Part shown: positions 1 to 9,139 of the stretch, piece by piece
How the letters are laid out: every line of letters begins with the position of its first letter
Numbering within the stretch: the first letter of the stretch is position 1
Assembly (NCBI GenBank): GCA_029960955.1
Contig: JASBVS010000003.1
Span: 6,194 to 70,193 of the forward strand
DNA length: 64,000 nucleotides
Direction of reading: 5' to 3'
Source of the DNA: Bacillota bacterium
GTDB taxonomy: Bacteria; Bacillota; Sulfobacillia; JAIMAT01
Position numbers and translations under genes: made by a program
The notes under the pieces: generated by a model
Databases searched by the model: none
What the model saw: only the letters and a program-made list of their open reading frames with translations
Told to the model about the DNA's origin: nothing

Positions 1-336
1 GATCTCCTCCTCGAGGCGGTCGATCTCCCGCTGGAGGCGCCGGATGTGCCGGTCGAAGCTTCCTTGTTTCCGGTGACGCCAGACCTCGACGGTCACGTAG
101 GCCGTCAGCACGTAGGCGGGCAGCGCCACCACGACGGTCAGAGCCACCGGCTGCCAGGCCGGCGCCCGCGGGAGCAGCCTCCAGGCGAGGAGGCCGCTGG
201 CGGCGGCCACGAGGACGCCCTCCGCCGCCAGGGTGCGCCGGCTGGAAGGGGTATGCTGAAAACGGTTCTTCACATGGTCGGCGAGCAGCAGGAGCATGAG
301 GAGAACCGCCGTGAACATGACAAACAACCACGGCAT
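1..336 (-). CDS. Hypothetical membrane protein with two predicted TM helices then a coiled-coil-like tail. Partial: the gene starts at 336 and runs off the window edge.
   Basis: Reverse-strand translation from ATG (complement of 334-336) gives MPWLFVMFTAVLLMLLLLADHVKNRF...LTVVVALPAYVLTAYV...IRRLQREIDRLEEEI. A strong SD (GGGAGGTGG) lies 5 nt upstream. There is no stop in the window, which is why it is absent from the ORF track. Confidence 0.5.
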   Translation of the reverse strand, partial: MPWLFVMFTAVLLMLLLLADHVKNRFQHTPSSRRTLAAEGVLVAAASGLLAWRLLPRAPAWQPVALTVVVALPAYVLTAYVTVEVWRHRKQGSFDRHIRRLQREIDRLEEEI

Positions 337-360
337 GCGGCCACCTCCCTGCTGGCTGCA

Positions 361-366
361 ATTATA
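361..366 (-). promoter_or_regulatory. Perfect -10 hexamer TATAAT on the minus strand, about 25 nt upstream of the membrane-protein start. The -35 is weak.
   Basis: The complement of attata (361-366) is TATAAT, a rare AT hexamer in a 70% GC background, correctly placed before the SD/ATG at 336. A GC hairpin (ccccggccgacgacggccggccgg, 376-399) lies upstream and may terminate folC. Confidence 0.35.
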
Positions 367-582
367 AGGCAGCTTCCCCGGCCGACGACGGCCGGCCGGT
401 TGGCAGCGGCGCCAGGGGTCTCCAGAGGCCGTCCGAATGAAGGCCGAATCGCTCCCCGCAAACTAGCCGGGACGGGAGGCTGGGGGAGCATGGATCCGAT
501 CGACCGACGCACGAAACCGCCGTCCTCGCATCCGCGGAGCGAACGCCTCTACAACCCGCTGACCGAACGGAAGGGCTTCCGC

Positions 583-2007
583 CTACGGATGGGCGACATG
601 GAACTGGGCCGCATCGTCGAGCACCGCGCGCCTGCCGCGGCCGAGCGGAGCGGCGGCCGCGAGGAGCAGGGGGCGGATGGCGCCGACCAGGTGGAGTGAG
701 CCGGCGACCAGGAGGCGCTCCCCCGGCGCGGCCAGGGCGCGGAGCCGCCGGAAGGCTTCCTCGGGCGAGGCGGCGGCCTCGAGCGCACCGCCGCGCCCCG
801 CCTCGCGCCAGAGACGGGCGAGTCGTCCGGCCGGGTGGAAGTCGAAGCCGCCCCACCCTCCCCCCAGAGGAAGGAGCCGCCCGCCCGCCGGGGCGAGCGC
901 CCGCACCACGCCGTTCACATCCTTCTCGATCCCGACCGCCAGAAGCGTCCACTCCGCGCCCCCGCAGCCCGCCAGCCAGCGGGCCAGCGCGCGCGCCGCG
1001 TGCGGGTTGTGGGCGCCGTCCAGGATCCAGATCCGCCCGCCCTCGAGGAAGGGCTCCAGCCGCCCCGGCCAGCGGACGCGCGCCAGGCCCGCGCGGACCT
1101 CCTCCGGACCCAGCCGCTCGCCGCGCTCGGCCAGCCCCTCGGCCAGCGCCACCGCGGTGGCGGCGTTCTCCGCCTGGTGCGCCCCGACCAGGGCGACCCG
1201 CACGTCGCGCAGGCGCCAGCCCGGGCCCCGGTAGTCGAAGGCCACCCCGCCCAGCCCGTCGCCCCTGGCGAAGCGGTCGAGAAGCCGCCTCCGCCGGACG
1301 AGGAAGTCCCGCCCCGCGAGCCGCAGCCGCCCGCCCGCCGCCGCGACCGCCTCCTCCAGCGCCGCCCGCGCGGACGGTCTCTGCCCGGCGCTGACGGCCA
1401 GCGCCCCCGGCTTGGCGATGCCGGCCTTGTCGCGGCCGATGGCGCCGACGGTGCGGCCCAGGAGCCGCGTGTGGTCGAGGTGGATGGGCGTCCAGGCCAC
1501 CGCGCGCGGCGCCTCGACCGCGTTCGTCGGGTCGAAGCTCCCCCCCAGGCCCGTCTCCTGGACCAGCCAGTCGACGCCGGCCTCGGCCGCCAGCCACCAG
1601 GCGGCCGCCGTCAACAGCTCGGACTGGAGCAGCGGGCGCTCGCCCGGCCGGCGCGCCCGCCGGTCCGCCCGCCCGACCGCCTCCAGGGCGGCAGCCAGCG
1701 CGCCGCCGTCCACCGGCCGGCCGTCCAGCCGGATCCGCTCCTCCCAGGCGACCAGGTGCGGCGAGGTGAAGAGCGCCACCCGCCGCCCGGCGGCGGCCAG
1801 GATGGCCGCCAGCATGGCGGCCGTCGAGCCCTTGCCGTTGGTGCCGGCGACGTGGACCACCGCCAGGCGGCGCTCGGGATGGCCGAGCGCCGCCGCCAGC
1901 CGTTCCATCCGTTCCAGGCCGGGCGGGCTGGCGAAGCGCGGCGCGCTCTCCAGGAGGGCCGCCACGCGCGCCGAAGCCGGGCCGGCCGGCAGTCGCTCCT
2001 CAGCCAA
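583..2007 (-). CDS. folC: Folylpolyglutamate synthase / dihydrofolate synthase (FolC).
   Basis: P-loop VVHVAGTNGKGSTAAMLAAILAAAGRRVALFTSPHL and a Mur-ligase-like core. The start is moved to TTG at 2007 by alignment with Bacillus FolC N-termini (RMERLAAALGHPERR ~ RMKQLMARLGHPEKK). The ORF-track start at 2088 adds an Arg/Ala-rich extension. It lies 6 nt downstream of the CN-hydrolase stop. Confidence 0.8.
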   Translation of the reverse strand: MAEERLPAGPASARVAALLESAPRFASPPGLERMERLAAALGHPERRLAVVHVAGTNGKGSTAAMLAAILAAAGRRVALFTSPHLVAWEERIRLDGRPVDGGALAAALEAVGRADRRARRPGERPLLQSELLTAAAWWLAAEAGVDWLVQETGLGGSFDPTNAVEAPRAVAWTPIHLDHTRLLGRTVGAIGRDKAGIAKPGALAVSAGQRPSARAALEEAVAAAGGRLRLAGRDFLVRRRRLLDRFARGDGLGGVAFDYRGPGWRLRDVRVALVGAHQAENAATAVALAEGLAERGERLGPEEVRAGLARVRWPGRLEPFLEGGRIWILDGAHNPHAARALARWLAGCGGAEWTLLAVGIEKDVNGVVRALAPAGGRLLPLGGGWGGFDFHPAGRLARLWREAGRGGALEAAASPEEAFRRLRALAAPGERLLVAGSLHLVGAIRPLLLAAAAPLGRGRRAVLDDAAQFHVAHP

Positions 2008-3016
2008 GCCGCTCGTACGCCTCCAGGAGCCGGCGGACGACGGCGCGGTTGAGGCGCGCGCCCAGCGGGTGGCGCGTACGGTAGGCATCGAGGGCGGCCA
2101 GGTCGAGGACGGCGGCCGCCACTCCTTCCTGGTAGGGATCGTCGAGGCGCGCCAGCACGCCGTCGCCCCGCGGCGAGAGCGCCAGGGGCGCGAAGAGCCC
2201 GCTCCGCCCGCTCAGTTCCACCCCCAGGAAGCTCCCCACCATGGAGGCCTGGATCCCGTACACCTGGCTCTCCTGCACCCGCGGCCAGATCCCGCGCGCG
2301 GCGGTCCACTCGTTGTACGGGCGCTCGGGGTTGGCGCTGGGGATGACGACCACGTCCGCGCCCAGGCCGCGGGCGATGCGGAAGGTCTCGAAGTAGGTGG
2401 CGTCCATGCAGACCGGCTGCGCCAGCCGGCCCCAGGGCAGCTCCCAGACCTGCAGCTCCCGGCCGGGGACGAGACCCCAGGCCGCCTCCAGCGGCAGGAG
2501 GTGCGCCTTGGGCTGGCGGCCGAGCAGGCGGCCGTCGGGCGCGAAGAGGTGGGCCATGTTGTAGACGCAGCCGTCCTCCCCGGGCAGGTTGGCGCTTCCT
2601 GCCGCCACCCAGGCGCCGGTCTCGCGCGCCAGCGCCGCGAAGACGCTCCGGTAGAGCTCCTCCGCCGCCGGTCCGACGGCGGCGAAGACGTCGGCGACGC
2701 GCGGCGCCTCCCCGGGAGGAAGCTCGCCGCGCAAGGCTCGCTCCGCCTGGGCCGCCAGCGCGTCGATACCGGGCAGGAGCCCCACCAGCCCCGTGGCCAC
2801 GTCCTCGGGAAAGGCGATCAGCGCCGGGCTTCCCGCGCCCGCCTCGTCCGCCAGCGCCTCCAGCTCGCGCGCCGCCCGCAGGCCCAGCTCGCGCACCTGG
2901 CGCGCCCAGCCGGCGGCCCGCCGGTGGAGGCGGAGCTCCATCTGCACCGCCGCCGCCCGCAGCCGCCCCCGCCGGCCGCCCGCAGCGGCCCCGGCCCCGG
3001 TCTCCCCCGCCACCGC
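2000..3016 (-). CDS. Carbon-nitrogen hydrolase (nitrilase superfamily), predicted active.
   Basis: RLRAAAVQMEL...ALIAFPE, the catalytic Cys context PVCMDATYFETFRIA, and VVVIPSANPERPYNEW. The start is uncertain: GTG at about 3016, versus 3142 in the ORF track, because there is no ATG near the conserved N-terminus. Confidence 0.7.
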   Translation of the reverse strand, partial: AVAGETGAGAAAGGRRGRLRAAAVQMELRLHRRAAGWARQVRELGLRAARELEALADEAGAGSPALIAFPEDVATGLVGLLPGIDALAAQAERALRGELPPGEAPRVADVFAAVGPAAEELYRSVFAALARETGAWVAAGSANLPGEDGCVYNMAHLFAPDGRLLGRQPKAHLLPLEAAWGLVPGRELQVWELPWGRLAQPVCMDATYFETFRIARGLGADVVVIPSANPERPYNEWTAARGIWPRVQESQVYGIQASMVGSFLGVELSGRSGLFAPLALSPRGDGVLARLDDPYQEGVAAAVLDLAALDAYRTRHPLGARLNRAVVRRLLEAYERLG

Positions 3017-3138
3017 GCGCTCCCCGAAGCCCGCCTCGGCCAGCGCCGCCTCGGCGACACCGGGGGCCAGCCGGAAGAGCCGCGCGTCATCCGGCAGGGG
3101 GAGCAGCTCGCCCCCCTCCGCCCTCTCGCCGGCCCCGC

Positions 3139-3993
3139 TCACCGCGCCTCGCCTCCCGCCATGCGCGCATAGGCCTCCGCCAGCCTCGCCCGGTAGAGCG
3201 CCGGATTGAGGAAGCGCTCCAGCGGGTAGGCCTCGCGGATCGCCTCCAGAGTCTCCGCTTCGAGCCAGGCCGCCGCCGGCCTCCCGGGCTCCGCCGCCCA
3301 GTCGAGCCAGCCCCGCGAGTCCGGCGTGATCTCGCAGGGCGCCCAGACGGCCGGTCGCCCGCGCGAGAGGCGTCCCCCCAGGCGGCCCTCCAGCGGGCTC
3401 TCGACGGCGAAGACCTGGTTCTGCTGGACTTCCTGCCAGCCGCCGGCCACCTGGGCCCAGCCTCCGGGGAGGTCGCTCCCGGCTCCGGCCGCCCCCTGCC
3501 CGCCCGCCAGCGCGGCGCCTGCGGGCTCCTCCTGCGGCGCGGGGCGCGGAGCCTCCTCCGCCGGGTAGAGGCTGGGGACCGCCAGCAGCCGGGCGCCGCT
3601 CAGCGTCGCCAGCCGCGCCACCTCGGGCCAGAGGACGTCCTCGCCCACCACCATCGCCGCGCGCCAGCCGGCCAGGTCGAAGAGCTCCAGGCGATCGCCC
3701 GCCTGCCAGCCCGCGGGCGGGAAGAGCTCGTCCTGCACGGCCAGCGGGCCGCCTTCGGGTCCGAAGCAGGCGGCGGAGAGGCGGCGGCCGCCCGCCGCGT
3801 CGCGCTGCCCGGCCACCACCACCCAGAGCGCCCGCGAGCGCGCCAGCGCCTCGGCCTCGCGCAGCTGCTCGCCCCAGTCGCGCGGCGAGGGGGCCGCGAC
3901 CAGCAGCGCCCCGGCCTCCAGCCCGGCCGGCAGCCGCGCCAGGTCGGGGACGGCGGCCGCGTAGAGTCGTCGCAAGGGGTCACCTTCTTCCAC
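3139..3993 (-). CDS. Nitrilase-superfamily paralogue lacking the catalytic cysteine (likely non-catalytic).
   Basis: It has a CN-hydrolase-like fold signature (ALWVVVAG...AAMVVGEDVLWPEVARL...LLAVPS), but the nucleophile position reads VVGED with no Cys. It is tandem with the active paralogue. Confidence 0.5.
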   Translation of the reverse strand: MEEGDPLRRLYAAAVPDLARLPAGLEAGALLVAAPSPRDWGEQLREAEALARSRALWVVVAGQRDAAGGRRLSAACFGPEGGPLAVQDELFPPAGWQAGDRLELFDLAGWRAAMVVGEDVLWPEVARLATLSGARLLAVPSLYPAEEAPRPAPQEEPAGAALAGGQGAAGAGSDLPGGWAQVAGGWQEVQQNQVFAVESPLEGRLGGRLSRGRPAVWAPCEITPDSRGWLDWAAEPGRPAAAWLEAETLEAIREAYPLERFLNPALYRARLAEAYARMAGGEAR

Positions 3994-4037
3994 GCGTCCC
4001 TGGGAGCCGGAGGGGCGACCCGCCTCGCCCGCGATCC

Positions 4038-5699
4038 TCAGGAAGCCGAGCCCCCCGCCCGCTCCGCCTCCCAGGATAACCGTTCCACGGCGGAGGCGAG
4101 CCAGCGCGCCAGCTCGCCGGCCTCGGCCGGCCAGCCCGCGCGCACGTCGCCCACCGCCCGCGGCAAGACCAGGCGGAGGCGGCCCTGGCGGCGCTTCTTG
4201 TCGACGGCCAGCGCCGCGGCGAGAGCCTCTTCGGACAGCCCCGCCGGCGCCCGCCCCAGCCCGTAGGCGTCGAGGAGCGCCTCGATCCGCCGGCGCTCGC
4301 CCGCCGGGAGCAGCCCTTCCTCCTCGGCCCGGAGCGCGGCCAGGCGGAGGCCGGCGGCGACGGCGGCGCCGTGGCGGAGCCGGTAGCCGCTGGCCGTCTC
4401 CAGCGCGTGGGCGAAGGTGTGGCCGAGGTTGAGCAGCTCGCGGGGGCCGGCCTCGCGTTCGTCGGCGGCCACCACCCCGGCCTTGACCGCCGCCGCCGCG
4501 GCCACCGTCTCGACCAGCGCCGCGGGCTCGCGCGCGAGCAGGGCGCCGCGCTCGCGCCCGAGCCGGCCGAAGAGCGGTTCGCCCGCGATGACGGCCGCCT
4601 TGACGACCTCGCCCATCCCTTCCAGGAGGAGCGGCTCGGGGAGCGCGCGCAGCCAGCGGACGTCCGCCGCCACGCGGCGGGGGGCGTGGAAGGCGCCCAC
4701 CAGGTTCTTCCCTTCCTCCAGGTCGACGCCCGTCTTGCCGCCGAGGGCCGCGTCCACCTGCGCGAGGAGCGTGGTCGGCACCGCGACCCAGGGGAGGCCG
4801 CGCAGGAAGGTGGCGGCGACGAAGCCGCCCAGGTCGGTGGTCACCCCGCCCCCCACGGCCAGGAGCCAGGTCGTCCGCTCGGCGCCAAGCCGGACAAGGT
4901 CGTGGTAGAGGCGCTCCGCCGTCGCCAGCCGCTTGGCCTCCTCGCCGCCGGGGAAGAGGAGGAGGTCGGCCTCGAGGCCCCGGCCGCGGCAGGCCTCCAG
5001 CACCTCCTCGCCGGCCAGCGCCGCCGTCAGCGGCTCGGCCACCAGCACCAGGCGCCGCGCGCCCTGGGAAGCGAGCCAGCCGGCCAGCCGCTCGGGCGCC
5101 TCCACGCTCACCTCCGCCTCGTAGCGCCCGCCCACGGGGACGGCGCGCGGCTCCGGCAGGCGCGCGGGCGGCCGCAGGCCGGTCGCCTCCAGCACCCGCG
5201 CGGCCACCTCGGGCGGGCTTCCTGCGGCGTCGACGCGCAGCGCCCGGCCGTAGACCGGCCGCCGCGCCTCCAGCTGCGAGCGCAGCACCTCCTCGGGCGG
5301 GCGGCCGCGGAAGAGCGGCCGAGCAGCCAGCCCCTCGCCCGCCAGGCGGGCGGCCAGCCGCTCGGGCGGCGCGTCCAGCCAGACGACCCGCCCCCAGGCC
5401 AGGAGGCGCTCCATCGCCCCCGGGAGGAGGGGGGTGCCGCCGCCCGTGGCCAGCACCACCTCCTCCAGCTGCAGGGCGCGCTCCAGCGCCGCCGCCTCGC
5501 GGCGCCGGAAGCCTTCCTCGCCCTCCTCCGCCCAGAGGCGCGGGACGGGGGCGCCCGCCTCCATCTCCACCAGCCGGTCCAGGTCGAGGAAGGGGAGCGC
5601 CAGCCGCCGCGCCAGCAGCCGGCCGACCGTCCCCTTGCCGCTCCCGCTCAGGCCGACCAGCGCCAGCCGCGCCGCGGCCCGCCCGGCCCTCACGCCCAC
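4038..5699 (-). CDS. aroK-aroB: Bifunctional shikimate kinase / 3-dehydroquinate synthase (AroK-AroB fusion).
   Basis: N-terminal Walker A LVGLSGSGKGTVGRLLARRL (shikimate kinase). C-terminal DHQ synthase motifs follow (GGGVTTDLGGFVAATFLRGLPWVAVPTTLLAQVDAALGGKTGVDLEEGKN, NLGHTFAHALE). The start is moved to GTG at 5699 (RBS GGGAGG 10 nt upstream), overlapping the aroC stop. The ORF-track start at 6179 is an artefactual extension. Confidence 0.85.
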   Translation of the reverse strand: MGVRAGRAAARLALVGLSGSGKGTVGRLLARRLALPFLDLDRLVEMEAGAPVPRLWAEEGEEGFRRREAAALERALQLEEVVLATGGGTPLLPGAMERLLAWGRVVWLDAPPERLAARLAGEGLAARPLFRGRPPEEVLRSQLEARRPVYGRALRVDAAGSPPEVAARVLEATGLRPPARLPEPRAVPVGGRYEAEVSVEAPERLAGWLASQGARRLVLVAEPLTAALAGEEVLEACRGRGLEADLLLFPGGEEAKRLATAERLYHDLVRLGAERTTWLLAVGGGVTTDLGGFVAATFLRGLPWVAVPTTLLAQVDAALGGKTGVDLEEGKNLVGAFHAPRRVAADVRWLRALPEPLLLEGMGEVVKAAVIAGEPLFGRLGRERGALLAREPAALVETVAAAAAVKAGVVAADEREAGPRELLNLGHTFAHALETASGYRLRHGAAVAAGLRLAALRAEEEGLLPAGERRRIEALLDAYGLGRAPAGLSEEALAAALAVDKKRRQGRLRLVLPRAVGDVRAGWPAEAGELARWLASAVERLSWEAERAGGSAS

Positions 5700-6961
5700 G
5701 GCCAGCCGGCCTCCCAGGCGCGGCGCCGCTCCTCGACGCGGTGGCGGAGCTCCTCCAGGCTGTCGCCGCCCAACTTCTCCAGCAGCGCCTCGGCCAGGAC
5801 CAGCGCCAGCATCGCCTCGGCGACGACGCCCGCCGCCGGCACCACGCAGACGTCCGAGCGCTCGTAGGCCGCCTCGGCCGGCTGGCCGCTGGGCAGGTGG
5901 ACGGAGGGCAGCCCGCGGCGGAGCGTGGCCAGCGGCTTCATCACCGCGCTCACCACCAGCGGCTCGCCGTTGGTGACGCCGCCCTCGAGGCCGCCGGCCC
6001 GGTCGCTGGGACGGACGAAGCGCCCCGGCCGCGGCCCGCCGGGATCCGGCAGGATCGGGTCGTGGGCCCGGGAGCCGGGCAGCTCCGCCATCTCCTCGCC
6101 GGCGCCGAAGGCCACCGCCTTCACCCCGGGGATGGAGGCGATCGCCTGCGCCAGGCGCCCGTCCAGGCGACGGTCCCACTGCGCGTAGCTGCCCAGGCCG
6201 GGCGGGACGCCGAGGGCGAAGGCGACGAAGCGGCCGCCCACCGTGTCGCCCGCGCGAAGCGCCTGGTCGACGGCCTCCATCATCGCCGCCTCCGCCGCCG
6301 CGTCCGGGCAGTGGACCGGCGAGCGCGCCGCCGCCGCGGCCCAGGCCCGCCAGGGCTCCTCCTCCGCCGGGTAGGCCGGCTCCCTCCGCCAGGCGGCCGG
6401 CCCGATCCGCTCCACGAAGCTGCCCACCTCGACGCCCAGCTCGGCGAGGAGCGCCCTCGCCACCGCCCCCGCGGCCGTCCGCGCCGCCGTCTCGCGGGCG
6501 CTCGCCCGCTCCAGCACGTCCCGCATGTCGCGGTGGCCGTACTTGAGCGAGCCCGCCAGGTCGGCGTGGCCGGGGCGGGGCCGCTCCACGGGCAGCGCGC
6601 GCCGCTCGGCGGCGGTCAGGGCCGACGCCTCCCCGGCGCCGGAGGCGGGCGCACCCCCCGGCGGCTCCCCGCCCGTCTCCCGCGGCTCGGGATCCATCAC
6701 CGCCTGCCAGTTGGCCCAGTCCCGGTTCTCGATCCAGAGGACGACGGGCGCCCCGGTGCTCCGCCCCCGCCGCACCCCGCCCAGGAAGCGCGCCCGGTCC
6801 CGCTCGATGCGCATCCTCCCGCCGCGGCCGTACCCTTCCTGGCGGCGCGCCAGCTCCCGGGCCACCCGCTCCGCCTCCAGCGGGACGCCCGCCGGCAGCC
6901 CGTCGACGATCACCGTCAGCCCGGGGCCGTGCGACTCGCCCCCGGTCAGCCAGCGGAACAT
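5690..6961 (-). CDS. aroC: Chorismate synthase.
   Basis: MFRWLTGGESHGPGLTVIVDGLPAGVPL...RSDVCVVPAAGVVAEAMLALVLAEALLEKLGG. The start ATG is at 6961 (complement of 6959-6961). The ORF-track upstream extension to 8203 is spurious. Confidence 0.9.
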   Translation of the reverse strand: MFRWLTGGESHGPGLTVIVDGLPAGVPLEAERVARELARRQEGYGRGGRMRIERDRARFLGGVRRGRSTGAPVVLWIENRDWANWQAVMDPEPRETGGEPPGGAPASGAGEASALTAAERRALPVERPRPGHADLAGSLKYGHRDMRDVLERASARETAARTAAGAVARALLAELGVEVGSFVERIGPAAWRREPAYPAEEEPWRAWAAAAARSPVHCPDAAAEAAMMEAVDQALRAGDTVGGRFVAFALGVPPGLGSYAQWDRRLDGRLAQAIASIPGVKAVAFGAGEEMAELPGSRAHDPILPDPGGPRPGRFVRPSDRAGGLEGGVTNGEPLVVSAVMKPLATLRRGLPSVHLPSGQPAEAAYERSDVCVVPAAGVVAEAMLALVLAEALLEKLGGDSLEELRHRVEERRRAWEAGWPWA

Positions 6962-7818
6962 CGGAGCACCTCCTCCAGCGCCTCGCGCATCGCCGCGCGG
7001 GGCGCGCCGCGCCCCGTCCAGAGCTCGAAGGAGGCCGCCCCCTGGCGGAGCAGGAGCTCGAGGCCGTCGACGGTCCCCAGGCCCCGGGCGGCCGCGGCCT
7101 CCAGGAGCGGCGTGCGCGGCGGGCGGTAGACCAGCTCCAGCACCCGCGCCCCGGGCGCCAGTGCGGCCACCAGCGCCTCCGGGGGAAGCGGGTAGGGGGC
7201 GCCGCTTCCTTCCATCGCCAGGGGCGCCGCCTGGACCAGCAGGGTCGCCCCCTCCGGCCATCCGGCCTCCTCCAGCCCCCCGGGCCCGGCCGGCCAGCAG
7301 CCCGCGCTCCAGCGCGTGCCGGGAAAGTGCACGGACATGCGGCGGGCCAGCCGCCCGGCGCGCTCCCGGCTGCGGTTGAGGAAGAGGACCGACGGCGCGC
7401 CCAGCTCGCCCAGCGCGACCGCCGCGGCCGCCGCCGCGCCGCCCGCGCCCAGGACGACGGCCGGGCCCGGCCGCCAGCCCGCCTCGCGGAGCGCGCCCGC
7501 CACCGCCTCGACGTCGGTGTTCTCGGCCGCCCAGCCGCCCTCCGGCCGCCGCACCAGCGTGTTGGCCGCGCCCGCCTCGAGCGCGCGGCGGGAGGCCCGG
7601 CGCGCCAGCGCCAGCGCCTCCTCCTTCAGCGGCATGGTGACGTTCAGCCCCAGGAAGCCCTCCCGCTCGAGCTCGGCCGCCCGCGCCGCCAGCCGCCCCC
7701 GCTCCACGCGCAGCGCCAGGTAGCGCCCGGCGAGGCCCGCGGCGCGGAGCGCGGCCTCCTGCATGGCCGGCGAGAGGCTGTGCGCCACGGGGTCGCCGGC
7801 GACCGCCAGGAGGATCAC
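6946..7818 (-). CDS. aroE: Shikimate dehydrogenase.
   Basis: VILLAVAGDPVAHSLSPAMQEAALRAAGL...GLNVTMPLKEEA...NTDVEAVAGAL...VVLGAGGAAAAAAVAL. The GTG start at 7818 overlaps the aroA stop (GTGA). The 3' end overlaps the aroC start. Confidence 0.85.
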   Translation of the reverse strand: MILLAVAGDPVAHSLSPAMQEAALRAAGLAGRYLALRVERGRLAARAAELEREGFLGLNVTMPLKEEALALARRASRRALEAGAANTLVRRPEGGWAAENTDVEAVAGALREAGWRPGPAVVLGAGGAAAAAAVALGELGAPSVLFLNRSRERAGRLARRMSVHFPGTRWSAGCWPAGPGGLEEAGWPEGATLLVQAAPLAMEGSGAPYPLPPEALVAALAPGARVLELVYRPPRTPLLEAAAARGLGTVDGLELLLRQGAASFELWTGRGAPRAAMREALEEVLRCSAG

Positions 7819-9128
7819 CCGGCGCCCACCCTGCGGAAGAAGTCCGGGTCGGAGATGGCCACGCTCTCCGCCCCCTCCAGCTCCACCGCCTCCCCCGGCG
7901 CGAGGAGCGTCCAGGCCGCCACGGCCAGCGCCATGGCCACGCGATGGTCGCCGGCGCTGGAGACGCGGGCGGAGCGCGCCCGGGCCGGACCCCGCACCCG
8001 CCAGCCGTCCCCCTCCTCCTCCACCGGCAACCCCATGGCCGCCAGGCCCCGGGCCATGGCGCGCACCCGGTCGCTCTCCTTGACGCGCAGCTCCCCCAGG
8101 CCCTGGAAGCGGCTCTCGCCCTCGGCCGCGCAGGCGGCCACGGCCAGCAGCGGCAGCTCGTCGACCGCCGCGGGCACGTCCTCGCCGCGCACCTCGAGGG
8201 CATGGAGCGCGGAGGCGCGCAGGCGGATGCGGCCCACCGGCTCGCCGCCCACCCGCGCTTCCTCGACCAGCTCGAGGCGCGCGCCCATGCGCTCCAGCAG
8301 CCGGTAGCCGCCCAGGCGGAGCGGGTTGAGGAGGACGCCCTCGATCTCCAGCTCGGAGCCGGGCGTCAGGACGGCCCGCACCGCCCAAGGGAAGGCGCTG
8401 GACGGGTCGCCCGGGACCTCCAGCTCGAAGGGGGGCGGGCTGGCGGGGCCGGCCAGCCGGACCGGGGGCGGAGCGCCCGCGGCCGCCTCGCCCGCCGTCC
8501 CGGACGCAGGGGTCTCGTCGACGGCGAGCGGCAGGCCGAGCCAGAGGAAGAGGCGCTCGGTGTGGTCGCGGCTGCGCGCGGGCTCCCGCACCACCGTCTC
8601 CCCCTGCGCGCGCAGGCCGGCCAGGAGGATGGAGGACTTGACCTGGGCGCTGGCCACCGGGCTCCGCCAGGCGAGCGGCCGGAGCGGGCCGCCGCGGAGC
8701 GCGAGCGGCGCGAAGCGGCCGCCCTCGCGCCCGTCCACCCGGGCGCCCATGGCGCGGAGCGGCTCGGCCACCCGGTCCATGGGCCGCCTGCGCAGCGAGG
8801 CGTCGCCGGTCAGGATGGCCAGACCCGGCCGGCCGGCCAGGAGGCCGGCGAGGAGGCGGATGGTGGTGCCGGAGTTGCCGCAGTCGATCACGTCCTCGGG
8901 CTCCCGCCAGCCGTCGAGCCCGGGGCTCTCCACCTCGACGAGCCCGTCGCGCCGCTCGAGGCGGACCCCGAGCGCCTCCAGCGCACGCAGCGTCGAGGCG
9001 ACGTCGGCGCCGGGCGCCAGGTTGCGGAGGCGCGAGCGGCCGCGCGCCGCGCCGGCCAGCAGGGCCGCCCGGTGCGAGACCGATTTGTCGCCGGGCGGCC
9101 GGAGGCGGCCCTGGAACGGCTGTCGCAT
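7815..9128 (-). CDS. aroA: 3-phosphoshikimate 1-carboxyvinyltransferase (EPSP synthase).
   Basis: MRQPFQGRLRPPGDKSVSHRAALLAGAA...DCGNSGTTIRLLAGLLAG...RRRPMDRV...LRVKESDRV. ATG at 9128. Confidence 0.9.
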   Translation of the reverse strand: MRQPFQGRLRPPGDKSVSHRAALLAGAARGRSRLRNLAPGADVASTLRALEALGVRLERRDGLVEVESPGLDGWREPEDVIDCGNSGTTIRLLAGLLAGRPGLAILTGDASLRRRPMDRVAEPLRAMGARVDGREGGRFAPLALRGGPLRPLAWRSPVASAQVKSSILLAGLRAQGETVVREPARSRDHTERLFLWLGLPLAVDETPASGTAGEAAAGAPPPVRLAGPASPPPFELEVPGDPSSAFPWAVRAVLTPGSELEIEGVLLNPLRLGGYRLLERMGARLELVEEARVGGEPVGRIRLRASALHALEVRGEDVPAAVDELPLLAVAACAAEGESRFQGLGELRVKESDRVRAMARGLAAMGLPVEEEGDGWRVRGPARARSARVSSAGDHRVAMALAVAAWTLLAPGEAVELEGAESVAISDPDFFRRVGAG

Positions 9129-9139
9129 CGCTTCCAGTC

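Noticed and set aside
46-699. 217-aa plus-strand ORF at the window start, plus many short overlapping plus/minus ORFs at 270-1600.
   Set aside because: It is antisense to the partial membrane-protein gene and to folC. It is compositionally biased (Arg/Gly/His-rich), with no recognisable domain and no RBS.
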